Virus record (IMG/VR): IMGVR_UViG_3300044675_005311
Coordinates: 1 to 64,000 of that record
DNA from: a virus
Length of the DNA stretch: 64,000 bases
Direction: 5' to 3' (one strand)
Positions 38,052 through 46,781 of the stretch are shown here, in pieces (position 1 is the first letter of the stretch; each line of letters begins with the position of its first letter). Below the pieces are notes generated by a model. It was not told where the DNA came from and searched no databases. It saw only the letters and a program-made list of their open reading frames with translations. The position numbers and the translations under genes were made by a program.

Positions 38052-38276
38052 ATGAAATTTCTAGAACTACTAACCAAATACTCAACCCCCATTATAGCAT
38101 TCTTAACATTGTTTTTGGGGTTTGCAATCCTATTCTCAATTATATTTTGGGATTTCCCAAGTGACCAAAAAGACATCTATTATTCCATTAGTGGAGGCGT
38201 AGTGTCAATCATAATTATGATTGTGTCTTACTATTTTGGCGCAAGTAAAACCGACACCCCTAACACGGATAAATAA
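38052..38276 (+). CDS. 2-TM holin-like protein
   Basis: Two TMs ending IVSYYFGASK. Confidence 0.6.
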   Translation: MKFLELLTKYSTPIIAFLTLFLGFAILFSIIFWDFPSDQKDIYYSISGGVVSIIIMIVSYYFGASKTDTPNTDK

Positions 38277-38277
38277 T

Positions 38278-38451
38278 ATGCCATACAAAGTAAAAGTTGG
38301 AAAGACCGATATGTTTGATGAAACATTCAAAACGGAAGGTGAAGCAAAGACCGCCAAGTATTATGCAATACTAGGGGCTAAGACAAACCGAAGTGCATTC
38401 AAGACTATGGATGCGAAAATTGTGAAAGTAGCAAAAACTAAAAAGAAATAA
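38278..38451 (+). CDS. small basic protein
   Basis: MPYKVKVGK...AKTKKK from ATG 38278. Confidence 0.55.
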   Translation: MPYKVKVGKTDMFDETFKTEGEAKTAKYYAILGAKTNRSAFKTMDAKIVKVAKTKKK

Positions 38452-38452
38452 T

Positions 38453-38566
38453 ATGGAAACTAACGGAAAATTTAATTTGCCAATGGCATTACTCGGCGTT
38501 GCGTTGAGTTTAGGTGCAATCTACGTTACCTTTTATGTAGCGGGAAAAGCGTGGAAGAAGTCTTAA
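38453..38566 (+). CDS. 37-aa single-pass membrane protein (not in ORF track)
   Basis: METNGKFNLPMALLGVALSLGAIYVTFYVAGKAWKKS. Confidence 0.7.
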   Translation: METNGKFNLPMALLGVALSLGAIYVTFYVAGKAWKKS

Positions 38567-39061
38567 ATGCACAAGATATTCCAAGACATATCGAACGCAT
38601 CGGAAGGTAGATATTCCAATGGCTTACTCTATGCGGGTGCGGTAGGACTTATATTGTCCGATATTATACCGACCCCCGCCGACGCACTTTACTTTCATAG
38701 CGAAAAGCGATTGAGGGATAAGTGGAAAGCGGGAGAGATAACATCCAAGCAATATTGGGAGAGAACATCAATGGCCTACTACTTATACAACCCTATTTGG
38801 TGGACGTTGGTACTAGGTGCGATGTACTACACTAAAGGCGATGTGAAGCAAAAAGCAAAAGTTGGTGTCGCTATAATTGGTGTTGGTGCGGTGATAGGAG
38901 TTATCTATCGGAACTACACACTAGACATCAAAGGAATCAAAAGAGAAATTATCGCCGAAAACGAACCCAAGGTAAACTTTGAGGGTAACAAAAAACCCGT
39001 AAAGCCTAATCAATATCGTGGAGTTTTTCGTAGAGGCAACACAATCAAATTCGTAGCATAA
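38567..39061 (+). CDS. multi-pass membrane protein
   Basis: Three hydrophobic segments in 164 aa. Confidence 0.7.
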   Translation: MHKIFQDISNASEGRYSNGLLYAGAVGLILSDIIPTPADALYFHSEKRLRDKWKAGEITSKQYWERTSMAYYLYNPIWWTLVLGAMYYTKGDVKQKAKVGVAIIGVGAVIGVIYRNYTLDIKGIKREIIAENEPKVNFEGNKKPVKPNQYRGVFRRGNTIKFVA

Positions 39062-39432
39062 TGGAAGCACAAGCACAAGCACAACCGACGGGTCAAGCAC
39101 CCGCACAATCAAGCGGAATGGGAGAGGCGGTTAACGCATCCACTATCGCATCACCTATGAATGTAGTTTCACCCGTACCAAACGCCAATGAAATGGCAAG
39201 TGGTGGAGAAACCGCGCCCGAAACAAACAATGATGCAAGTCACGATTTTGGCCAATGGGTAGCAATAGGCATTATTGGATTGACGATTGTTTCGTTGGTG
39301 ATGAATATTTATTACAACCGAAAGGCTATGCTCAAGTTGGATAAAGATGATGCCGACGCAAGAAGGGACATCAACGAATTGAAGTTGAACCTCAAAAAGC
39401 AAATGGGCGACAAGTATGAGTCCTTGGCTTAA
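39061..39432 (+). CDS. single-pass membrane protein with MASGG motif
   Basis: Low-complexity N-terminus, EMASGG, WVAIGIIGLTIVSLVMNIYYNRK. Confidence 0.7.
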   Translation: MEAQAQAQPTGQAPAQSSGMGEAVNASTIASPMNVVSPVPNANEMASGGETAPETNNDASHDFGQWVAIGIIGLTIVSLVMNIYYNRKAMLKLDKDDADARRDINELKLNLKKQMGDKYESLA

Positions 39433-40063
39433 TAACGTAACTTACGGAAACCCCGTCGATGAAATTTTGCCGTACCTTAAAGCGGGTGCTTACGAATCCG
39501 TATACGAGCAACTCAAAGACAATCCATTTCCACCCAACGATAGCGAAGCCACGCAAGATGAATTGCGGGAGTTAATTGCTTATCAAAATTTACCCGAACA
39601 AAAAGATGAAAAAATCATTTCACGTTATATGGGGTATAACCAAGATTTAGTCACAATTTTCAAAAAATATGTGACGGACAAGATTGGTGAAAACCTAGAT
39701 AGCGAAATAGATGGATTGATTGAAGATTCAAAGTTTTTATTAATGAAGTTGAAGTTCTTTTACCAAAGACCTCGCCCATATCAAGTGGCTCAATATTACA
39801 AGGCGAAGTTGTTTCCGTTTAAGAGTGGAAGCGCGATTAGTCCGTCTTATCCAAGTGGACATTCTTTTCAAGCGCGATTACTCACGGAATTAATTGGTAA
39901 CAAGTACCCCGAACATTATGAGTTCCTTAAAAGTTTGACACACGATATTTCAATGAGTAGAATGTTTTTAGGATTACACTTTGCAAGCGATATTGATTTT
40001 GCGGTGTATTGCGCGAAAGCGGTTGCTCAATCGAAAGAATTTACGAGCAAATATGGAATATGA
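39416..40063 (+). CDS. PAP2/haloperoxidase-superfamily phosphatase
   Basis: K..YQRPRP, PSYPSGHS, SR..LGLHFASD. Confidence 0.85.
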   Translation: MSPWLNNVTYGNPVDEILPYLKAGAYESVYEQLKDNPFPPNDSEATQDELRELIAYQNLPEQKDEKIISRYMGYNQDLVTIFKKYVTDKIGENLDSEIDGLIEDSKFLLMKLKFFYQRPRPYQVAQYYKAKLFPFKSGSAISPSYPSGHSFQARLLTELIGNKYPEHYEFLKSLTHDISMSRMFLGLHFASDIDFAVYCAKAVAQSKEFTSKYGI

Positions 40064-40451
40064 ATTTGGAGTGACCCCAATGGGGAAACCTAGAATGACC
40101 CAACGGGATAAGTGGCTTAATCCACCTAGAGTTCCCATTACCAAGTATCGTTTAGTGAAGCAAGGAATCGAGGCTTATGCTTTGATGCACAAATTTGTTT
40201 TGAAAGACGAAGTAAATGTTATATTTGTAATGCCAATGCCGAGTTCTTGGTCAAACAAAAAGCGTTTGACGATGAATGGAAAGCCACATCAAGTAAAACC
40301 CGACATAGACAATATGTTAAAAGCGGTGTTTGACGTGTTGTGTCCGCAAGGCGACCAATCGATTCACTCCGTAGTGGCAAAAAAAATATGGGGCGAAGAG
40401 GGAAAAATAATTTTTATTGACGATGACAACGAGCAAAAATCGGGAGATTGA
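40053..40451 (+). CDS. rusA: RusA-family Holliday junction resolvase
   Basis: PMGKPR, KPDIDNMLKAVFD, D..I...KKIWG; ATG 40053. Confidence 0.85.
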   Translation: MEYEFGVTPMGKPRMTQRDKWLNPPRVPITKYRLVKQGIEAYALMHKFVLKDEVNVIFVMPMPSSWSNKKRLTMNGKPHQVKPDIDNMLKAVFDVLCPQGDQSIHSVVAKKIWGEEGKIIFIDDDNEQKSGD

Positions 40452-40872
40452 AAATCTATTTAGCGCAATTAGTGACACCCTTGCCGAAGTAGGCTTGGTT
40501 CAAACTATATCAATCCTTAAAAAAGGAAGCCAAGGAGTCTTATGGAAAAGTGATTTAGCCGTGGCTGCGAAAGCCGTTTGCGAAGCCTACGACATACCGA
40601 CCGAAGTACTTTTTGGTAAAAGCCGAAAATACCCTCGCAAGTATGCGTTCGCGTGTTGGGTTTACATATCCTACATTGACTTGAATTATGGGTTGTCGGA
40701 TTTAAGTGCCTACACTCACGCTTCGATGTCTACCATATCTAAGGCGAAACAACTCATTGAAGATTACCCGAACGAAACTACTTTTGACAAAAAGATTCAC
40801 GAAAAACTTATGTTTAGTAGAACCAATTTGAACAAGCACCTAGAAAAAATTCCCGAAAATATTCAATCTTAA
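40423..40872 (+). CDS. DNA-binding protein with DnaA C-terminal-like HTH
   Basis: VCEAYDI...LFGKSRK...YI......GLSDLSAY..A..STI. Confidence 0.55.
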   Translation: MTTSKNREIENLFSAISDTLAEVGLVQTISILKKGSQGVLWKSDLAVAAKAVCEAYDIPTEVLFGKSRKYPRKYAFACWVYISYIDLNYGLSDLSAYTHASMSTISKAKQLIEDYPNETTFDKKIHEKLMFSRTNLNKHLEKIPENIQS

Positions 40873-40883
40873 AAAATACATAT

Positions 40884-41894
40884 ATGGACAATACAATATC
40901 CTTTGACAACCAACCCGCGTTGGATGCGGACTACAATCCGTTACAAGAGAATGTAAAGCAAAGACCTTACACAAGACCTAATGTAGAAGTTACCGATGCT
41001 ACACCAATAGCCGAACCCGTGTTCACACCCCCATCGTTTGATGAATTACAAAATGGGTTTGAGGCGGATATGAATGGTAGTGGTGCAAAGACGGACGATA
41101 GGACGGCTTGGGGTTTGAACGATGATGATGTTTCAAGCGCGAACCCGTATGTAGAGAATTTGGATAAGAAAGACCAACGCGCAGCCTCCGCTGCGTTAAC
41201 CGATGCCGTGCTTGATGGCTACTCGCAACTAAACGGATTCGGAAACAAGTTGGTTCAATTCGACCCCGCTAAGTTTGAAGAAATGATGCGTAAAGGGGAA
41301 ATTGACCCCAACATCGCGTTGCCCGTTAATGGCCAAGAAATAGGGATTCTTGATTACATCAATGAGTACAATTCGCAAACGGCGGAAGTAATTAGCGTTT
41401 CCCAAGAATTTAAGGACAAAGTTCGTCCCGTAATGATTCGGGTAATGATGAAGCGCGGTATCGGTATGACCGATGAGCAATTACTCGCTTACTATTTCGG
41501 TGTCGATATGTTAACCAAGGGTGCTATGATTTACGGATTGCGTAAACAAAACGCCTCGTTGATTGAAACACTTAAAGAAATGAGTAGCGGTTATACCCGA
41601 CCAAGTACTCCCCCGCCCGCGCGTGAAAGTCAACCCACCCAACCTACATACGAAGAACCCGCGCCACAACCCCGTCAAGAAGCGAAGTCCGAGCGTCAAT
41701 ATGTAGAACCCGAAGAGGTGCAAGTGATTAAAGAAGAACCCGTACAAGATGCGGTAGTCGTTGATGAGTCAATTAGAAAAGCCCGTCAAAGACGACCCGC
41801 GCCACAATTCGGCGATACCGCTATTTTGTCGCAAATGGAAGATATTGCAAGTGGTAAAGTCAAAGGCGCACGAGGACGGAGGAAGAAAGAATGA
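40884..41894 (+). CDS. hypothetical protein coupled to the packaging ATPase
   Basis: 336-aa ORF with Pro-rich and basic C-terminus; ATGA overlap with the ATPase. Confidence 0.7.
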   Translation: MDNTISFDNQPALDADYNPLQENVKQRPYTRPNVEVTDATPIAEPVFTPPSFDELQNGFEADMNGSGAKTDDRTAWGLNDDDVSSANPYVENLDKKDQRAASAALTDAVLDGYSQLNGFGNKLVQFDPAKFEEMMRKGEIDPNIALPVNGQEIGILDYINEYNSQTAEVISVSQEFKDKVRPVMIRVMMKRGIGMTDEQLLAYYFGVDMLTKGAMIYGLRKQNASLIETLKEMSSGYTRPSTPPPARESQPTQPTYEEPAPQPRQEAKSERQYVEPEEVQVIKEEPVQDAVVVDESIRKARQRRPAPQFGDTAILSQMEDIASGKVKGARGRRKKE

Positions 41895-42703
41895 GAGAAC
41901 CGCTATTAGGGGTTGCGGTTGGCCGTAAGGGCGTGGGCAAGTCTTGGACTACCGACAAACTTATTGCCAATTATGTGTCGGGAAACCCCGCTAGTGGTAT
42001 CTTAGGGCGTAAAGCGTTAATACTAGATGTTAACGATGAATATACCCACATTAAGGGTATAGCAATTAAAGACTTGATTCGTTTTTCCGTACACCCAATG
42101 GTGGAGGCTAGAAGGGTGCGACCTTTTCATCCTAACGGAAAAAAGATGACTTTGGATGACCTCGCCACTACGTTAAATATAATTCTAGACACATTTAGTG
42201 GTGGGTTGTTATTGATTGAAGATATTAACCGATTTGTAAGCGATATGATGCCTCAAGATTTAATGGGTGCTATCGCAACAAACCGACATAGGGATTTGGA
42301 CATTATTCTCCACTATCAAGGTATTGGTCGTATAGGGCCGAAGGTGTGGCAAAACATCAATTGGTTGCGTTTCCATAAAATTACGGAAAGTTCCAAAAGA
42401 CACCAACGTAAATATGAAGACAAATATGAGTTAATTCGTATTACCGAAATAATGGTCGACACTCAATATTTTGGTGGCAATGAAAGATTCTACCAATATG
42501 TAGATTGTGAGAATATGAAGTTGCAAGGAAAGGTGGATGATAAAATGTTTAGCGACGCTTGTAAAGCGTATTTGAATGAGAATTATCGACGAACTATTAC
42601 TCCAATGTTACAATTACGCGGTGTTGGTGGTAAAAAGCAATATACACACGATTCCGCAATCACTCACGAGTTGGGTAGATTGAAGAAAATGTACTTAAAA
42701 TAA
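41891..42703 (+). CDS. FtsK/HerA-superfamily genome packaging ATPase (A32/P9-like)
   Basis: N-terminal Walker A GRKGVGKS, hhhD (ILDVN), Walker B LLLIED, NRHRDLDIILHYQ (RH finger plus Q sensor); 270 aa with no nuclease domain. Confidence 0.8.
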   Translation: MREPLLGVAVGRKGVGKSWTTDKLIANYVSGNPASGILGRKALILDVNDEYTHIKGIAIKDLIRFSVHPMVEARRVRPFHPNGKKMTLDDLATTLNIILDTFSGGLLLIEDINRFVSDMMPQDLMGAIATNRHRDLDIILHYQGIGRIGPKVWQNINWLRFHKITESSKRHQRKYEDKYELIRITEIMVDTQYFGGNERFYQYVDCENMKLQGKVDDKMFSDACKAYLNENYRRTITPMLQLRGVGGKKQYTHDSAITHELGRLKKMYLK

Positions 42704-42816
42704 AAGTACTTACACCCTATATTCTCATAGGGATAACTATGTTAAGTGAAATTAAATTACATAGTTTCATTTTCGTTTATTGATTTCCGATACCATTACT
42801 ACTAATTTATAGTAAA

Positions 42817-42862
42817 TAAATTTGCTATCGACTTGCGAATGGTCTGTGCTATTTAATGCAAG
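42817..42862 (+). promoter_or_regulatory. -7 promoter element and 5' leader hairpin of the capsid operon
   Basis: TAAATTTG 42817-42824; CTTGC-G-AATGG-TCTGTG-CTATT-TAAT-GCAAG. Confidence 0.6.
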
Positions 42863-42878
42863 GAAAAAGAACAATAAA

Positions 42879-43001
42879 ATGAAAACCGAATTAATCAAAG
42901 GAATTTTGTACGGAGTTACAATTACTATCGTGGGTGTGTTAGTCGCCAATCAAATTCAAAAGGCAATCGACAAAGCCCGTGTATCTACACCAAATCCATA
43001 A
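42879..43001 (+). CDS. 40-aa single-pass membrane protein (not in ORF track)
   Basis: MKTELIKGILYGVTITIVGVLVANQIQKAIDKARVSTPNP. Confidence 0.7.
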   Translation: MKTELIKGILYGVTITIVGVLVANQIQKAIDKARVSTPNP

Positions 43002-43038
43002 TTTTCACAAACACAACTAAAAACTAAAAAATAAAACT

Positions 43039-43740
43039 ATGAGTATTCGCAAGTATCTCGCAGACGCACAAAGAAGTGCGCACGAGGGTTTCGTAAATGC
43101 CGACGGGTTCTTTGACGATGATTTGTCATTCACCGCAGGCGAAGATTTTATGTCCGCTAATGGCGGTGATGGGGCAATGAGTCCTATGGCCCCAACTTCT
43201 CAACCTTACATCATCACTGTAACCAACACGGGTTCGGCGGTAAGTAACTTTGACATCCTTGGTTCTTATGAGTATATCAACTCGGCTAACTTTAACTCAA
43301 GTGGTAATTACGTAACGGGTGCTTTGACGATTTCGTCTTCTATCCCTAACGTAACTTACCAACAAGCGTTAAACCAATTTATGATTCAACCTTTTAGCGT
43401 AGGTTTGACTTATATTCAGTCTTCTTCACAGACTCAATTGTTGCAAACTTTAAGCGTTCAAACTAAAGACGCGAATGGTAATTTGGCTCAAAAGCCCCTC
43501 ATCCCAACAATCGATCCGTACCAGCAACAGACGGGCGTTTTAGCGATGCGGTATGGGTATAGAATTGATGGTTACACAAAAATTATCATCAACTCTATCT
43601 TGGCTTCTACCACTGTTAACTTCTACTTGTACCCAAGTGATAACATCAACTTGAGTCGTGGATTAGCGGGTAAGGCGGTATCTCGTGACTTCGCTTCCCC
43701 TGGAATCGTGCGTTCACAGCCCGTTAAATTGGTAGGTTAA
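43039..43740 (+). CDS. candidate major capsid protein (beta-rich, single jelly-roll-like)
   Basis: Near packaging ATPase, own promoter, long A-rich leader, strong terminator; alternating beta-strand pattern; acidic N-terminal arm; paralogues at 58883 and 63330. Confidence 0.6.
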   Translation: MSIRKYLADAQRSAHEGFVNADGFFDDDLSFTAGEDFMSANGGDGAMSPMAPTSQPYIITVTNTGSAVSNFDILGSYEYINSANFNSSGNYVTGALTISSSIPNVTYQQALNQFMIQPFSVGLTYIQSSSQTQLLQTLSVQTKDANGNLAQKPLIPTIDPYQQQTGVLAMRYGYRIDGYTKIIINSILASTTVNFYLYPSDNINLSRGLAGKAVSRDFASPGIVRSQPVKLVG

Positions 43741-43760
43741 TCCAACCAACTTTTAAATCC

Positions 43761-43796
43761 AAAAAAGGGTGGGTGTATTTCGCCCACCCTTTTTTT
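43761..43796 (+). terminator. Strong (bidirectional-type) Rho-independent terminator
   Basis: AAAAAAGGGTGGG-TGTATTTCG-CCCACCCTTTTTTT. Confidence 0.9.
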
Positions 43797-43818
43797 ATTA
43801 AAACCGAAAAAAGAAACA

Positions 43819-44217
43819 ATGAATTTTTACGAATATATCGCAAAGACCAACCCTAGCGGGTCTAAAAAGGTCATCAACGAGTTCGGCTATCGTGTCGTAG
43901 ATGGTAGACGAATGGGCGAAAATCTTCGTATGTTGGTAGCACAAGAAGGCGAACCCGCATTACGAGCAATTGCCGAAATGCACCCCGATAAAGAATTACT
44001 ACTAGAAGTATTCGCACCCAAGGATGGGGAATGCGGATGCAAAAAGAAAGGTGAGTCGTTTATGGGCGCGGATGGAGTTCTTTCAAGTGCCGTTTTGAGT
44101 AACAATCAACAGCAACAAGTGCAAAGCGATAGTACGAAACTCGCTATGCAAACGAATGCAATGTTAATCGCGGCGACGATAATTATCGCCGCAGCAATAA
44201 TCGTAAATAAGAAATGA
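43819..44217 (+). CDS. putative virion membrane protein, C-terminal TM
   Basis: ESFMGADG motif; MLIAATIIIAAAIIVNKK. Confidence 0.7.
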   Translation: MNFYEYIAKTNPSGSKKVINEFGYRVVDGRRMGENLRMLVAQEGEPALRAIAEMHPDKELLLEVFAPKDGECGCKKKGESFMGADGVLSSAVLSNNQQQQVQSDSTKLAMQTNAMLIAATIIIAAAIIVNKK

Positions 44218-44834
44218 CAAACAATATAGCACCGAATGATGTCTATGCAATTACGGCATTGACTATTGATAGCCGTCCCAACGATGTGGTGGCTATTATT
44301 CGTAAACACGGGGTAATGTTACCAAACAACCCAAGCACTAAGCAAATTGAAACCGCATTTGGTTCTTTATTGACAAAGAGTGAAGGATTCCGTAAAGACT
44401 TTGGGGTTTTGGCTTCGGAGGTTGCAAGTGAGGGGTATTCCAATCTTGTTGATGATTTGCCATCGGGTAAGGGAATTGCGACTACGCCATCGAACCAATT
44501 GACATTAAATAATATCCCAACGAACATCACTTCTACGGGGCGTGCTTCTACCACGGGTGATGAGGGACGTACAAGAGGGAGATTCGGTTCGTTTTTATCA
44601 AGCGTATTCACCGCCGACACAATTCAAAACTTGATTAACACGGGTTTGAATGTATGGTCGGTCAAGCAAACGGGTCAACCCGCTAACTTGGTGAGTGGCG
44701 ACTTGAATACGGGTCGTGACCAATTGAACCAACCACCACCAACTAAAGGTACGAGTACCACAACGATGGTATTAATCGGTGTGGGTGCGCTTGTATTAAT
44801 TGGTGTTGCCGTTTACTTCTATAAAAAGAAATAA
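44214..44834 (+). CDS. putative virion membrane protein, C-terminal TM
   Basis: MVLIGVGALVLIGVAVYFYKKK. Confidence 0.7.
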   Translation: MTNNIAPNDVYAITALTIDSRPNDVVAIIRKHGVMLPNNPSTKQIETAFGSLLTKSEGFRKDFGVLASEVASEGYSNLVDDLPSGKGIATTPSNQLTLNNIPTNITSTGRASTTGDEGRTRGRFGSFLSSVFTADTIQNLINTGLNVWSVKQTGQPANLVSGDLNTGRDQLNQPPPTKGTSTTTMVLIGVGALVLIGVAVYFYKKK

Positions 44835-45217
44835 TGAGTCAGAGAGCGGGTCAAGGTGAGTTCGTAAATTCAATAGATATAATTGAAGCCTTGAAAAATA
44901 AAAATCCATCGCCACGCAATAGTATGAAAGCGCGGTTACTCAAAGATTTTGGAACTAAAGGAATGCTTGGTGGTTTTGGTGGTTCTAAAGGCGATATTAT
45001 CGATGTCGATGTACTCGATGGGGGCAATAAAGTCTATACCTTTAACACAAGTACGGGAAAAAAAGATTTGGCATTAACTATTGGTACGGATGTGGAATTG
45101 ATTTTAGATGAACCTAAAAAAGAAATAGTGACCAAAGAACAAAAAGGCGGTGTGTTGTTTTATGGCGCACTTGCCGTATTGGGTTACATCGTATATAGAG
45201 TTTTAACAACAAAATAA
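44834..45217 (+). CDS. putative virion membrane protein, C-terminal TM
   Basis: VLFYGALAVLGYIVYRVLTTK. Confidence 0.7.
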   Translation: MSQRAGQGEFVNSIDIIEALKNKNPSPRNSMKARLLKDFGTKGMLGGFGGSKGDIIDVDVLDGGNKVYTFNTSTGKKDLALTIGTDVELILDEPKKEIVTKEQKGGVLFYGALAVLGYIVYRVLTTK

Positions 45218-45441
45218 TGAGCGAGTTCCAAGATGCACTAGACAATGTCAAGACTTTAAAAAGTCAAGACACGCACGACACTTTCATCCAAAAGAGTAGG
45301 TCTACTATTAAAGGTAGCGCGGTTGGATTGATAGTGGGTTTAATGTATGGTTGGTATGCAAAAAAGAACCTTTATGTAAGTGGCATTTTGGGTGCTATTG
45401 GTGGGGGTGCGGTAAACTATTTTATATTTCAAAGAAATTGA
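45217..45441 (+). CDS. 2-TM glycine-zipper membrane protein
   Basis: GSAVGLIVGLMYG; GILGAIGGGAV. Confidence 0.7.
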   Translation: MSEFQDALDNVKTLKSQDTHDTFIQKSRSTIKGSAVGLIVGLMYGWYAKKNLYVSGILGAIGGGAVNYFIFQRN

Positions 45442-45442
45442 T

Positions 45443-45661
45443 ATGACTATTAAAAAAGAGTATATGATTGGCGGATTAGTATTGGTGGGTATCGCCATAT
45501 ACTTAATTTCCCAAAAGGATGGTGTGCTATCAAGCGCAACTATTAACGGCGATACATCGTTTAGCGATTTTTCGGGTGAAGATGATTCATACGCGGATAT
45601 GGCGGATGCGAATGTATTTCCAACAACAAGAACATTGAACTTAAACAATCTAACAAAATAA
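45443..45661 (+). CDS. single-pass membrane protein
   Basis: YMIGGLVLVGIAIYLIS; SFSDFSG. Confidence 0.7.
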   Translation: MTIKKEYMIGGLVLVGIAIYLISQKDGVLSSATINGDTSFSDFSGEDDSYADMADANVFPTTRTLNLNNLTK

Positions 45662-45665
45662 AACT

Positions 45666-45755
45666 ATGAACAAAACCACTAAAACTGTATTGACCCTTGC
45701 CGTTGTTGCGGGTGTACTTTACTTCGTTTTCAAGAAGCCGAAAACCGACGCTTAA
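45666..45755 (+). CDS. 29-aa single-pass membrane protein (not in ORF track)
   Basis: MNKTTKTVLTLAVVAGVLYFVFKKPKTDA. Confidence 0.65.
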   Translation: MNKTTKTVLTLAVVAGVLYFVFKKPKTDA

Positions 45756-45772
45756 TTGAACGAAAAGCCGTG

Positions 45773-45805
45773 AATTAGGGTGGGTTTCGACCCATCCTAA
45801 TTTTT
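45773..45805 (+). terminator. Rho-independent terminator
   Basis: AATTAGGGTGGG-TTTCGA-CCCATCCTAATTTTT. Confidence 0.8.
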
Positions 45806-45831
45806 CATTAAAAAACACTAATTTTGAAAAG

Positions 45832-46290
45832 ATGACAAATAATAATTTATTGATGTATGGTGCGGTTGCCGTTGGTGCAATCTACTTGTATAATCGCTAT
45901 ACTAAAAAAGAAAAACCACTAGGTGAAGAGCCACAAGGCGGTGGCGGTGGTGGTGGCGGAGGATTTTTCCCTCCTATGCCTCCAACTCCAAACCCTAATT
46001 TAGTCATTCAAGATATACCACGTGGCGGTATTGTGACACCAACTACTCCAACGAATCCCGTTGTTTTATCGGGTTTGGGTGGTGCAAAGCCCGTTGTAAC
46101 GGCTAGTACTTCATCCACGGGTGTAGGTGCTACTACGAATGCACCCTCTAACACGGGTATCACGGGTATTGGTACTCCTACATCAAGTACAACTACGCAA
46201 GGTGGAAATATATTCAAGCCTTTTGATGGTTACAATTTCAATGGTGGTTTGAGTTTAGACCAAATCCGTCGTTCTTGGAATCGTCCTTAA
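45832..46290 (+). CDS. single-pass membrane protein with Gly/Pro/Thr-rich region
   Basis: LLMYGAVAVGAIYLY; poly-Gly; T/S/P-rich stretch. Confidence 0.7.
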   Translation: MTNNNLLMYGAVAVGAIYLYNRYTKKEKPLGEEPQGGGGGGGGGFFPPMPPTPNPNLVIQDIPRGGIVTPTTPTNPVVLSGLGGAKPVVTASTSSTGVGATTNAPSNTGITGIGTPTSSTTTQGGNIFKPFDGYNFNGGLSLDQIRRSWNRP

Positions 46291-46294
46291 TAAA

Positions 46295-46579
46295 ATGAGT
46301 ATGGTAAGTGCAAATCGTCTATGGAAACAAAGTGGCTCTAATTTGCCATTTAAAGATTGGTTGGAACGCGAAAAAGCCAAGGGAGAGTTTATTCCTAACA
46401 TCCAAGCGCAAGAAGAATACAACAACGCGGATGGTGACAACACCACCAACGGGGATTCTAGCGACTTCTTTAAGGACAAACTACAAACGGGTAGCATTTT
46501 CGGTAAGAACCTATTAATCATTGGCGCATTAGCAATTGGCGTTTATTTTATTTACAAGACATACAAAAAAAATGCTTAA
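46295..46579 (+). CDS. putative virion membrane protein, C-terminal TM
   Basis: EEYNNADG; LLIIGALAIGVYFIYKTYKK. Confidence 0.7.
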   Translation: MSMVSANRLWKQSGSNLPFKDWLEREKAKGEFIPNIQAQEEYNNADGDNTTNGDSSDFFKDKLQTGSIFGKNLLIIGALAIGVYFIYKTYKKNA

Positions 46580-46781
46580 AAAGAAGGACATAGTGACCCT
46601 ATTAGCCGTAACGGCCGTTTTGATAGTTATCTATTCAAATAGGGGAACTTTGAACCCTAGTAAAGCACCCTTGGATGCCGATAAAGGAACGGACGATGCA
46701 ATTACCCGCGCATTGAACAAATTAAAAGTTGGTGGTGTGGATGTTAAAGAAACACCCGAAGAGGTAAAACAAGCCGTATGA
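46572..46781 (+). CDS. single-pass membrane protein
   Basis: MLKKKDIVTLLAVTAVLIVIYS from ATG 46572. Confidence 0.65.
   Translation: MLKKKDIVTLLAVTAVLIVIYSNRGTLNPSKAPLDADKGTDDAITRALNKLKVGGVDVKETPEEVKQAV

Noticed and set aside
41891-42703. ATPase as a conjugation (VirB4/TraD) or Zot-like protein
   Set aside because: Too short, no TM anchor, no relaxase or T4SS genes; context next to the capsid candidate favours packaging.
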